Assembly: GCA_044345405.1 (NCBI GenBank)
Contig: JBIJBE010000020.1
Location: 1 to 63,543 of the forward strand
Reading direction: 5' to 3'
Length of the DNA: 63,543 bases
DNA from: Bdellovibrionota bacterium
GTDB taxonomy: Bacteria; Bdellovibrionota_C; UBA2361; OMII01
Shown here: positions 1 through 11,304 of the stretch, piece by piece
How positions within the stretch are numbered: the stretch's first letter is position 1
Layout: every line of letters starts with the position of its first letter
Notes under the pieces: generated by a model
The model's database searches: none
The model's input: the letters and a program-made list of their open reading frames with translations, nothing else
What the model was told of the DNA's origin: nothing
Program-made: the position numbers and the translations under genes

Positions 1-2
1 AT

Positions 3-452
3 CGTCAGAGCGCGGAGGAGGAAAAACGAAAGTGGTTATCTCGCGCGATCATCGAAGCACACGTTGATTGCTTGTTTCGATTCGTCGGCAGGGACCAAAC
101 TGGCAACTACCTCTATAAACCGCTCCTTGCAAAGAATGTCGCCATCCTTCAAAAGGAGTCCGTTGTTGGTGGAGCTAAGCTCGTCATTGGCTCCCGATTA
201 AACATCGGATTCCTCGATGATTCGGGGACGCAGAAGAATCTGGCCCTGCTCCTCAATGCCCATCGAGTCGATGATGAGCTTGAGTGGTTAGATCTCTCAA
301 CCCCTTCAAGCCTTCGGGGAACGTACAAGGATGAGATATCCCAAGCGTACCGCCCACCACGACGGAAGGAGAAGGGTATGAAGTCGCGTGATTTCCGGGG
401 CGGCAAGAGCACCCGTAACGGGAAGCACGGTTTCGGCAAGGGGAATGGGTAA
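3..452 (+). CDS. hypothetical protein, 5'-truncated by the window edge
   Basis: The frame of ORF 72..452 stays open back to position 3 (RQSAEEEKRKWLSRAII...). Basic, Gly-rich C-terminal tail; no recognisable family. Confidence 0.6.
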   Translation, partial: RQSAEEEKRKWLSRAIIEAHVDCLFRFVGRDQTGNYLYKPLLAKNVAILQKESVVGGAKLVIGSRLNIGFLDDSGTQKNLALLLNAHRVDDELEWLDLSTPSSLRGTYKDEISQAYRPPRRKEKGMKSRDFRGGKSTRNGKHGFGKGNG

Positions 453-537
453 TCGTCCACTTCGCGCGCGGCTTGTCCATTCATCATCGCTCAGGGGTGA
501 TGGATGGGCGACGATCGTGATTACGTACTAGGGCGCG

Positions 538-1026
538 CTATTCTTCAAGGGGACCTACGCGGAAGATCATGTCGTCGACGACATCTCCGCGTTTAAGGTA
601 GGGCGCGAGTTTACGAAGGAGCGTTCCCTTCATGAAAGCGAATTCCTGCGCCCAGACAGGGTGAAGCACCCGAACGATGAGGGTCTTTCGAGAGATGTAG
701 TCAGGCTTGGAAACTTCAGCCAACTTCTCACCTACGATCTTATCCCAGTGCAGGACAAACTCGTACCGTTCAATTTTTTTGTCTATCCCCTTACCAGCAA
801 GCGCTTTGGCGAGGATGCCTTTTATCAACGTGAGATCGGTAGGAATGCCTCGTCTGCGTCTTTGGTACGGCGCTCGAAACTCTGAGGAATACGTCGACGA
901 ACTTCCGTCCGAACGAGACTGCGGAGCGTACGACCGTTGCCCCTCGTTAACCTTCCGCTGATTGTAGGAGTTGTCGGAGGATGTTCGAGGGATCGCGCCT
1001 CCGAGGAACTTATTTATCCTCTCCAC
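538..1026 (-). CDS. DciA / DUF721 family protein (replicative helicase loader-like)
   Basis: WDKIVGEKLAEVSKP...TLIVRVLHPVWAQEFAFMKGTLLRKL matches the DUF721 pattern. Likely GTG start at 1026 preceded by AGGAG (ORF track start 1053). Confidence 0.8.
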   Translation of the reverse strand: MERINKFLGGAIPRTSSDNSYNQRKVNEGQRSYAPQSRSDGSSSTYSSEFRAPYQRRRRGIPTDLTLIKGILAKALAGKGIDKKIERYEFVLHWDKIVGEKLAEVSKPDYISRKTLIVRVLHPVWAQEFAFMKGTLLRKLAPYLKRGDVVDDMIFRVGPLEE

Positions 1027-1309
1027 GAGCCTGCTCCTTCTTTTCGAACACAACGACCAATTCGTCAGAGCGAGCCATTCCGAGCTCGCTACGAGCGGCC
1101 TTCTCCACCATCCGTGGATCGTTCTGAAGACCGTTCACCTGCCGCTTCAACGCTTGAACGTTCTCCTCAAGGCGGGCGTTCGCGCGTTGCTGAAGCTCAA
1201 GACTCTTGGCGAGGGAGTTTAACCGTGAAAACCCATCGTCCGAAAGAAACGAGAACACGGCGGCGCACAGAGCGAGTGCCAAAACGACGATTGGTGCGGT
1301 GATTCTCAT
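1010..1309 (-). CDS. ftsB: septum formation initiator FtsB/DivIC
   Basis: One N-terminal TM helix, then DDG, a coiled coil, and the VEKAARSELGM...DE motif; 99 aa. Confidence 0.85.
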   Translation of the reverse strand: MRITAPIVVLALALCAAVFSFLSDDGFSRLNSLAKSLELQQRANARLEENVQALKRQVNGLQNDPRMVEKAARSELGMARSDELVVVFEKKEQARGEDK

Positions 1310-1396
1310 GAGGGGAGTTTAAATCGAAAGGGGGTTTGGTACCAGAAGTATTGAGGGGCGCGCTCGGTAGTCTCACAAATTAGAGCTGGCACGTTG

Positions 1397-1487
1397 GGAG
1401 GGCGACCATTCCTGGTCGCCGAAAGGGTCGCGTGTCACGGAAATATTTCACCTTTTGGAACGCGGCGGTCAGGAATGACCGCCCTCC
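1397..1487. repeat. inverted pair of GGAG-tagged REP palindromes (REPIN-like)
   Basis: GGAG-GGCGACC-ATTCCT-GGTCGCC at 1397-1420 and inverted GGCGGTC-AGGAAT-GACCGCC-CTCC at 1464-1487. Same family as the copies flanking the RAYT gene. Confidence 0.9.
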
Positions 1488-1520
1488 CAGGCACCGGGCA
1501 CCCCTCGCCTAGGACCTTAA

Positions 1521-4426
<2,906 letters not shown>

Positions 4427-4441
4427 GGTCAGTCACGACAT

Positions 4442-4807
4442 TCATCCCTTTGAGGCGCTGACCGTTTTGCATCCTGCGGGCATGCGGTTGGTATGCATGT
4501 CGATCATCTTAATGACGATCCCCTGCCCGTCGAGTTTAGGGCACGCTACCGAATAGCGCCGAGTGTAGGTCGCGTAGCGGCGACTTGCGGAGAACGAACG
4601 GGTATTCGGTGGTAAGAGCGTCCGCTCCCCTGGCTTCAAAACCGCGTAGGCTCCGTTCCCATAGACCGCGATGACATTGAACTCCCGGTCTTGAGAGTCG
4701 TTCTTTACAAGTATCTGCCCATCGGGAACGCGTTCGCCAAGGCACCCGAACACCCCCAACATGATGAGTGTCATCGCTAACGCTCTAATGAGTGTTGTGA
4801 GTACCAT
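4442..4807 (-). CDS. small hypothetical lipoprotein
   Basis: Hydrophobic signal ending VFGC (lipobox-like); two further Cys. Confidence 0.6.
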   Translation of the reverse strand: MVLTTLIRALAMTLIMLGVFGCLGERVPDGQILVKNDSQDREFNVIAVYGNGAYAVLKPGERTLLPPNTRSFSASRRYATYTRRYSVACPKLDGQGIVIKMIDMHTNRMPAGCKTVSASKG

Positions 4808-5191
4808 GGTAGATTTTAAAACAACGATATGGGAACGCCGCGTCTGCGCACGGCCCTACCGGAATACTCGCCACTTACCCGGTCGAACTTTACCGAGAAG
4901 GGCGTATCACCTCCGAAACTCTAAAAATAATTGGTTCTTAGAGCTAAAACCGGGATCGGCAGTCACCACGCCCTCCCGCTCCCCGCTTTCCTTCCCACCT
5001 CATGTCATACCGCCGCCGAATCTTTTTCGCTTTGGTTGAGTCCACGCCCTACCGATAGAAAAAGTGAGCGGGTGATGCGGTAGTAGCTGTCGCGCGCCTC
5101 CCGTGACGTAACCGGTATAGTTGTAGATGTTCATTTTCACATTCGTTGTAAATGAGCGTCACACTCCTTGGTATTTTTAAGGTAGCTGACG

Positions 5192-5908
5192 ATGAACTCA
5201 TATGTTGCGGTAATCTCTCGGACGTTCTCCGCGATCCTCCTTGTCGTAACCACACACCTTATCACGGGATGCTCTCCCGTTTCCGGACCAGATAAATCAG
5301 CCGCTGGCCTCGTTCTTGGGGCGGGATGGGGCGCTGGAGCCGGTGCGGTGATCGGCAATCAGGTAGCCTCCTCCGGCGAAGGTATCCCCGTGGGTGCTGG
5401 ATTTGGTGCCATGGCGGGACTTCTCCACGGAATTGGATACGATCTAGAGGAGGGCAACCAGCTCAGACTCCAACGACAACTCGCCTCGCTCAACGTTCAG
5501 GCGGTGGCAAATCAACGCTACCTTGAGCAGCTTCAACGAAATCTCGACAACACACGACGACCCGATCCAGTTGGTGGGGTGTACCAGGTCTTCTTTGATG
5601 AGGATCAAACTAACATCCGAGCAGGAACGATCTCGAATCTTGAGGCTCTCGCGGAATCAATCAAAGCGAGCGGGGCGTTCCGGGAGGTTCATGTCGCTGG
5701 CCATACCGACGACACCGGCAACACCAAATACAACGAGACATTAGCGGATGCCCGCGCCAAGACCGTGGGAACCTACCTCGCTTCAATGGGAATCCCGGTC
5801 GTGCAGGTTCAGATGAAGGGGTACGGAGCGACGAAACCTATCGCCACCAACTCCACACCCTCGGGCCGACAACTCAACCGGCGTGTTGATGTATACATCA
5901 CTCGATAG
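5192..5908 (+). CDS. OmpA-family peptidoglycan-binding lipoprotein with glycine zipper
   Basis: Lipobox ITGC, GAGWGAGAGAVIG glycine zipper, and OmpA C-domain motifs GHTDDTG, NETLADARA and GRQLNRRV. Confidence 0.9.
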   Translation: MNSYVAVISRTFSAILLVVTTHLITGCSPVSGPDKSAAGLVLGAGWGAGAGAVIGNQVASSGEGIPVGAGFGAMAGLLHGIGYDLEEGNQLRLQRQLASLNVQAVANQRYLEQLQRNLDNTRRPDPVGGVYQVFFDEDQTNIRAGTISNLEALAESIKASGAFREVHVAGHTDDTGNTKYNETLADARAKTVGTYLASMGIPVVQVQMKGYGATKPIATNSTPSGRQLNRRVDVYITR

Positions 5909-5983
5909 TCTAGCAAAACCTTGCGCCCTCCTCTCCACGACGTGGTAGAGTGACGCTGAGAGTACTAAGGGGAGACACCATAT

Positions 5984-7132
5984 ATGGCATCCGCGTATAT
6001 CGTTGACGCTGTTCGAACACCACGAGCCCGTAGAAAAGGAAAATTATCGAAGGTTCACGCAGTCGACCTTCTCACCTATCCACTCAACGCCGTCGTCAAT
6101 CGCAGTGGAGTCGCGCCTGAGCTCGTTGAGGACGTGCTTGTTGGATGTGTAACGCAAACACAGGAACAGGGATGGTGTGTGGGACGAGCGGCCGTGCTCG
6201 CCGCTGGGTGGCCTATCTCGGTGCCCGCGACTACCATCAATCGGTTATGCGGTTCGGGACAACAAGCGGTCAATTTCGCGAGCGCGAGCGTTGAATCAGG
6301 TCACTATGATCTCGTCGTAGCCGGCGGGCTTGAGCACATGACCCGGGTGCCGATGTTCTCGGATGGTGGAGGCGAAGAGAGTCCCCTTCTCAAGCACTAC
6401 CACCCTGATCTCGTGCAACAGGGAGTGGCCGCCGAGATACTCTCTCAAGAGTTCGATATTAGCCGCCTCGAAGCTGACGAATTCGCCTACCGATCACAGA
6501 TAAACGCGAAAAAAGCGATTTTTGATGGTAGATTTAAACGCAGCATGGTTCCCGTCCCCTACACGGATGAACAGGGAGCTGAGCGAGTGCTTGAGGTCGA
6601 TGACAATCCCCGTTCAGACACCACTATCGAGGGACTTCACAGCTTAAAGACCGTTTTCAAAGAGGATGGAATTATCACCGCTGGAAACGCTTCAGCGATC
6701 GTAGATGGCGCCGCCGCTGTTCTCATCGCGAGTGAGGGCGCTCTCAAGAAACATTCTCTTACTCCACGCGCTCGCGTCGTCGCGCAGAGCGTTGTCGGCT
6801 CTCCTCCTCGAGTCATGCTCACCGGACCTATCGAAGCCACACGACAGGTTCTTAACAAAGCGGGGCTACTGCCGCATCACATCGACGTGTGGGAGATCAA
6901 CGAAGCGTTCGCGCCGGTTCCACTTCTCACCATGCGTGAGATTCGAATCGATCAAACCAAGGTAAACGTAAATGGCGGGGGCATCTCTCTCGGGCATCCC
7001 CTTGGGGCGACGGGCGCGATCTTGATCGGAATGGCGCTGGACGAATTAGAGCGCTCCAACAAGAGGTACGCGCTCGTGACGATGTGTATCGGTCTCGGAA
7101 TGGGCATCGCGACGATCATCGAGCGGGTGTAG
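5984..7132 (+). CDS. acetyl-CoA C-acyltransferase (thiolase)
   Basis: INRLCGSG, TAGNASAIVDGA, EINEAFA, NVNGGGISLGHPLGATG and CIGLGMG motifs. Confidence 0.95.
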   Translation: MASAYIVDAVRTPRARRKGKLSKVHAVDLLTYPLNAVVNRSGVAPELVEDVLVGCVTQTQEQGWCVGRAAVLAAGWPISVPATTINRLCGSGQQAVNFASASVESGHYDLVVAGGLEHMTRVPMFSDGGGEESPLLKHYHPDLVQQGVAAEILSQEFDISRLEADEFAYRSQINAKKAIFDGRFKRSMVPVPYTDEQGAERVLEVDDNPRSDTTIEGLHSLKTVFKEDGIITAGNASAIVDGAAAVLIASEGALKKHSLTPRARVVAQSVVGSPPRVMLTGPIEATRQVLNKAGLLPHHIDVWEINEAFAPVPLLTMREIRIDQTKVNVNGGGISLGHPLGATGAILIGMALDELERSNKRYALVTMCIGLGMGIATIIERV

Positions 7133-7324
7133 CTCTACCAGAAATAAATCTCTCAACATAAACAGCAGGTTAGCGGGCTCAAGAATCAATTCATGGATCA
7201 TCGCGAACCAGCCGATTATACTGAAACATGAAGAGGTTACCGAGGATTTACCCCTCATAGAGTCGAGGGGCAAGACGCTCCAAACACGGTAGCCAGAGGG
7301 GATTTTGGGGAAGGCTTTCACGTA

Positions 7325-9715
7325 ATGCTGCGCGCATTAGAGATCTTACTACTGCAATTCATCGAGTGGTTCTATTCACTCAGCCCCGCCGTTGGCCTCG
7401 GAACCCTGGGTGTCGCCGGCGTGACCGGGATCGTCGCGCAACTTCTCATCACCGGAAACTCGACATTCGGAAAGACGATGCTCCCTGGACTCCTCGGTGT
7501 CTTCTTCCTCGCCGCGGAGAGCGCTCACTACGGTCGGCCTGAATGGGTGATCGGATTGGTGCAACAACTTCAGGACTCACTCCAAACTCCACGAGCGAAC
7601 GCGCTTAAGCCTATTCCAATCATAGAGCCCCTCGTCTCATTCCTGATAGCGCCAGCGGCGACACGATCGGTAGTGGAAGAGAGTCTCTTTGTGATCATCT
7701 TTGCCTACCTCGCCCTCGTCGCCCGCCACAGCTGGACCGGCTACAAAACAACTGGCATCGTGCTTGGCGACATGTCGGTTGGTAGCATGCTCAAAGAGAA
7801 GCATAGACGGCCCAACCGTTCCCAGACGAACGAATTAGGGTCGGGAGACCTCGCGACCACGCAGCAGATAGCGACCTGGACGAAATCAACCGGAAAACCG
7901 GGAGAAACCTACCTCTACGTAAGCGAACTTCGAGGCTCTGAGGGAACCGCGTTCGCTCAATCCAAGCTCGTTCTCCCGGTGGAAGAGCGAAACCGACACG
8001 TTCTCGTGGTCGCTAAAACCGGTAGCGGTAAAACTACTAAATTCATTCATCCCATCGTGTACAACGACTGCCTCGACGCGCAGCGTTCGTGTATCATCAT
8101 CGACTCGAAGCCTGACATGTGGAAGACCTTCGCGGCGATGACGCGAAAGTACAACCCGACGAAGAACATCCTCCTTTTCAATCCGCTTGACCTAGCGCGC
8201 TCGCTCAGTTGGAACATCCTCTCCAAGATCGAGGATGACACCGACGCAAAGTTGATCGCGAACACGATCATCATGGCGACCGACCAGCCACAGGCGAAGT
8301 CAGACAGCCCCTTCTTCCGTAATAACGCCCTCGCGATCCTCAACGGAATCATGGTGGGACTCCTGCATGATCCGAAGGAAGTTCTCTCGATGCCCCGCAT
8401 CCACGAACTCGTTCAATCCGGAATGAAGAACCTGTGCGATTGGCTTGAGCAACATCCACACGCCATTCGAAACACCCGTTCTTTCGTGGAGCTCGCGCGC
8501 TCAGGCTCCCAGAACGCCGACACGATCATGTCAGAGTTGAGCATGCGTCTCAGCGCGTGGGACCTTCCCGCGATTCGCGCGACAACGAGCGCTGACGAGC
8601 TTGATATTGAGGACCTCATCGCGAAGCCCACCCTGTTCATCGTTGAGCTTCGAGAGTCCGAGCTTGAGATGCTTCGTCCGATGGCGAACGTAATCGTGGT
8701 AGAGATCCTGCGTTTCCTCACAAAGCGAGCGGAGCAACACAAAGGTGTTAAGCTCCCACGCCCTGTCGGAATCGTCATCGACGAGTTCGCGAGCGCGCTC
8801 GGTCGTCTTCCGGATATTCACGTTAAACTCAATACCCTTCGTTCCCGAAATGTGAGTATCGTCGCGGCGATTCAGTCTACCGCGCAGATCAAAGCGAACT
8901 ACGGTGACGACGCGGATTCCGTACTCGCCGGTTTCAGCACCAAGATCTTCATGCCCAACCTCGACCTGACCGACTCAGAGTGGGCATCAAAAGAGAGCGG
9001 TCAGATGACGATTCGCTTCAAGACCCAATCTGAGGGTGTGAACCGAAAACTTATCGAGGTATTCGCGAGCCGCAACGACAGCGTTCAGGAGCAAGTCCAA
9101 CAACGGGCGGTATTGACCCCCGATGAGATTGGAAAACCAGCGGACAATATCTGTACATTCTTCATGCCTGGAACGCCGGTATTCCAAGGGCATCTCATCC
9201 CGTTCTACAAGATCCCCGAGATGCTCAAGCGGATGACCGAGTTCAACGAGGATAATCAGCTCGAACTCCGTGTCTCACCAATTGAGTACAAGGAGACACT
9301 TCCCGCTCCAGGAGCAGCTCCCGCAGGCGGCGGAGGGGGCGGTGGCGGAGCTAACGCGCTCCCCAACGGCATCACGAATACCGCGGGATGGAGTGACGCC
9401 CAGGTCTCGCAGAAGCTGGATGAAGTTAAAAAGAATCTGGACTGGGATAATACGACAGGTAGCGCCCGCAAGTGGTGGGAGGCTTTCGAGAGTGAGAATA
9501 AGACCAGAATGCCACTCGTTCTGCGCCTCGCGGAGGAGTTGCAGGTGCGAAAAGCGACAATCACCGAGTTCTTCTTAGCCTACGTGTACAGCAACACCGA
9601 CAACATCCAAGCTAACCTTAGCTACCTCGATTACACTCGCCTCAAGAAGGAGGAGGAGAAAAAGAAGAAGGAAGCGGCCGCGAAGGCGGCGGGTGGTACG
9701 GATGAGAGGTGGTAG
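7325..9715 (+). CDS. VirD4/TraD-like type IV coupling protein (T4CP) with an extra C-terminal domain
   Basis: N-terminal TM helices, HVLVVAKTGSGKT Walker A, IIIDSKP, FNPLD..RSLSWN, SPFF, IVIDEFA Walker B, LRSRNVSIVAAIQS.AQ, and QRAVLTPDEI (TraG-D_C-like). A Pro/Ala/Gly linker then leads to a ~100-aa tail domain. Confidence 0.88.
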   Translation: MLRALEILLLQFIEWFYSLSPAVGLGTLGVAGVTGIVAQLLITGNSTFGKTMLPGLLGVFFLAAESAHYGRPEWVIGLVQQLQDSLQTPRANALKPIPIIEPLVSFLIAPAATRSVVEESLFVIIFAYLALVARHSWTGYKTTGIVLGDMSVGSMLKEKHRRPNRSQTNELGSGDLATTQQIATWTKSTGKPGETYLYVSELRGSEGTAFAQSKLVLPVEERNRHVLVVAKTGSGKTTKFIHPIVYNDCLDAQRSCIIIDSKPDMWKTFAAMTRKYNPTKNILLFNPLDLARSLSWNILSKIEDDTDAKLIANTIIMATDQPQAKSDSPFFRNNALAILNGIMVGLLHDPKEVLSMPRIHELVQSGMKNLCDWLEQHPHAIRNTRSFVELARSGSQNADTIMSELSMRLSAWDLPAIRATTSADELDIEDLIAKPTLFIVELRESELEMLRPMANVIVVEILRFLTKRAEQHKGVKLPRPVGIVIDEFASALGRLPDIHVKLNTLRSRNVSIVAAIQSTAQIKANYGDDADSVLAGFSTKIFMPNLDLTDSEWASKESGQMTIRFKTQSEGVNRKLIEVFASRNDSVQEQVQQRAVLTPDEIGKPADNICTFFMPGTPVFQGHLIPFYKIPEMLKRMTEFNEDNQLELRVSPIEYKETLPAPGAAPAGGGGGGGGANALPNGITNTAGWSDAQVSQKLDEVKKNLDWDNTTGSARKWWEAFESENKTRMPLVLRLAEELQVRKATITEFFLAYVYSNTDNIQANLSYLDYTRLKKEEEKKKKEAAAKAAGGTDERW

Positions 9716-9755
9716 GTACCATCACACATGGCAACGAACTGACATCTCGTAACAC

Positions 9756-9775
9756 GGCGGTCGTGGACGACCGCC
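9756..9775. repeat. degenerate REP palindrome between convergent genes
   Basis: GGCGGTC-GTGGAC-GACCGCC has the same stem as the REP family but no GGAG foot. Confidence 0.55.
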
Positions 9776-9807
9776 GAGATGCCGCGGGTCGGCACAGCCT
9801 GTGCCCC

Positions 9808-10332
9808 CTACAACACCCTCTCAATCGCCGCCACAACGCTCTTAGCGTCCGGGGATACATAGGACCGCCATCGTCCGATGAGGTGTCCCTCACGGTCGAG
9901 GAGGAACTTCTCGAAGTTCCATTTAACGCTCCCTTGCAGATCTTTGGGGCCGTGTTCGGTCAAAAACTCAAAGACAGGCTGCTTAGAGATCCCCTTCACA
10001 GCGGCTTTCGGCATGAGCGGGAAGGTCACGCCATGATTAAGACGACACGTGGATTCAATCTCTTGGTCGGAGCCAGGTTCCTGGCCTAAGAAATCGTTAC
10101 TCGGAAAGCCGACCACAACGAATCCCCTCGCGGAGTATTTCTGGTAGAGAGCCTCTAGGGAGTCATACTGACCGGCGAATCCACACTGAGTCGCGGTGTT
10201 GACCACAAGGATAACATTCCCTCGATGGGGAGCTAACTGTCCACCAAACAACTCAGGCTTGTCGAATACCGACACTTGAGACTCAAGCGGCGCTGATGTC
10301 GTACCTCCGTATACATTGGTCAGAAGTCCCAT
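9808..10332 (-). CDS. glutathione peroxidase family protein
   Basis: VVNTATQCG, GFPSNDFLGQEPG and WNFEKFL motifs. ATG at 10332 with a GGGAG RBS (ORF track start 10383). Confidence 0.93.
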   Translation of the reverse strand: MGLLTNVYGGTTSAPLESQVSVFDKPELFGGQLAPHRGNVILVVNTATQCGFAGQYDSLEALYQKYSARGFVVVGFPSNDFLGQEPGSDQEIESTCRLNHGVTFPLMPKAAVKGISKQPVFEFLTEHGPKDLQGSVKWNFEKFLLDREGHLIGRWRSYVSPDAKSVVAAIERVL

Positions 10333-10345
10333 ACGAATTCTCCCT

Positions 10346-11278
10346 CTACAAAATCGTATCACGTGAACGACGTCCGAAATCATCCGCGGGCTCTACATGT
10401 ACGAGCACCTTCGCTACCGCTGGAAGAGCACTATGGATAGCCTCACCAACGTTATGCGCCACCTCATGTCCATGACGAATCGTCTCATCAGGATTACAGA
10501 GGACGTCGAGATCAACGAAATACACGAAGCCAACCTTACGTACCCCACATTTGTGGGTACCGAGTACTCCTGGGACATGCAACGCAATATCCCTAATCGA
10601 TTGCGCGATCTCAGGCGCCGGCGCTGTATCTATCAGCTCTGACAACGCCGGACGGAAAAGAATGAGCGCGTTAACGGCTATCACAACAGCGGCCACCAGG
10701 GCCGCGATATCATCCGCCATCTCAAAGCCAGGACCTCCAAACACAGCGACCGATATGCCGATGAAGGCCGCGGCGCTCGTAATTGCGTCAGCCCGATGAT
10801 GGAAGGCATCCGTTTTCACCGCCACACTTCCAATTACTTCGCCCGTATGCCCCACGTATCGAGCGAGGAACCCTTTGACCACGATAACCGCTAAGAGGAC
10901 ACCCAATGTGAAGGGCTCCGGAGCGTGGTGCGGTGTAAGGATCTCTCGAACGCTCTCAATCATGATCAGAACCGCCGCCCCGAGAAGGGTGAGAGATACA
11001 ACAGCGGCGGCTAACGGTTCAAACTTTCCATGCCCATAGGGATGGTTCGTATCAGCGGGTTTGCCCGCCATACGCACACCAAGCAGAACAACAAAGCTGG
11101 TCACCACATCCGCGGCGGACTCGATCGCATCCGCGATGAGGGCGTACGAGTTGCCGACAACGCCAGCCACCCCCTTCACGACAGCAAGGCAAACGTTTAC
11201 CCCCATTCCAAGTAGAGTGGAGCGAACCCCCACTCTACGAGCGTGCTCAAGATGTTTAGTCTGAAGGTCAGTCACCAT
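10346..11278 (-). CDS. cation diffusion facilitator (FieF-like) transporter
   Basis: SYALIADAIES..D, HPYGHGKFE, HHRADAITS motifs and a C-terminal dimerisation domain ending VHVEP. Confidence 0.93.
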   Translation of the reverse strand: MVTDLQTKHLEHARRVGVRSTLLGMGVNVCLAVVKGVAGVVGNSYALIADAIESAADVVTSFVVLLGVRMAGKPADTNHPYGHGKFEPLAAAVVSLTLLGAAVLIMIESVREILTPHHAPEPFTLGVLLAVIVVKGFLARYVGHTGEVIGSVAVKTDAFHHRADAITSAAAFIGISVAVFGGPGFEMADDIAALVAAVVIAVNALILFRPALSELIDTAPAPEIAQSIRDIALHVPGVLGTHKCGVRKVGFVYFVDLDVLCNPDETIRHGHEVAHNVGEAIHSALPAVAKVLVHVEPADDFGRRSRDTIL

Positions 11279-11304
11279 GCCCCCTTTTAGCCGTTTTCAA
11301 CAGC

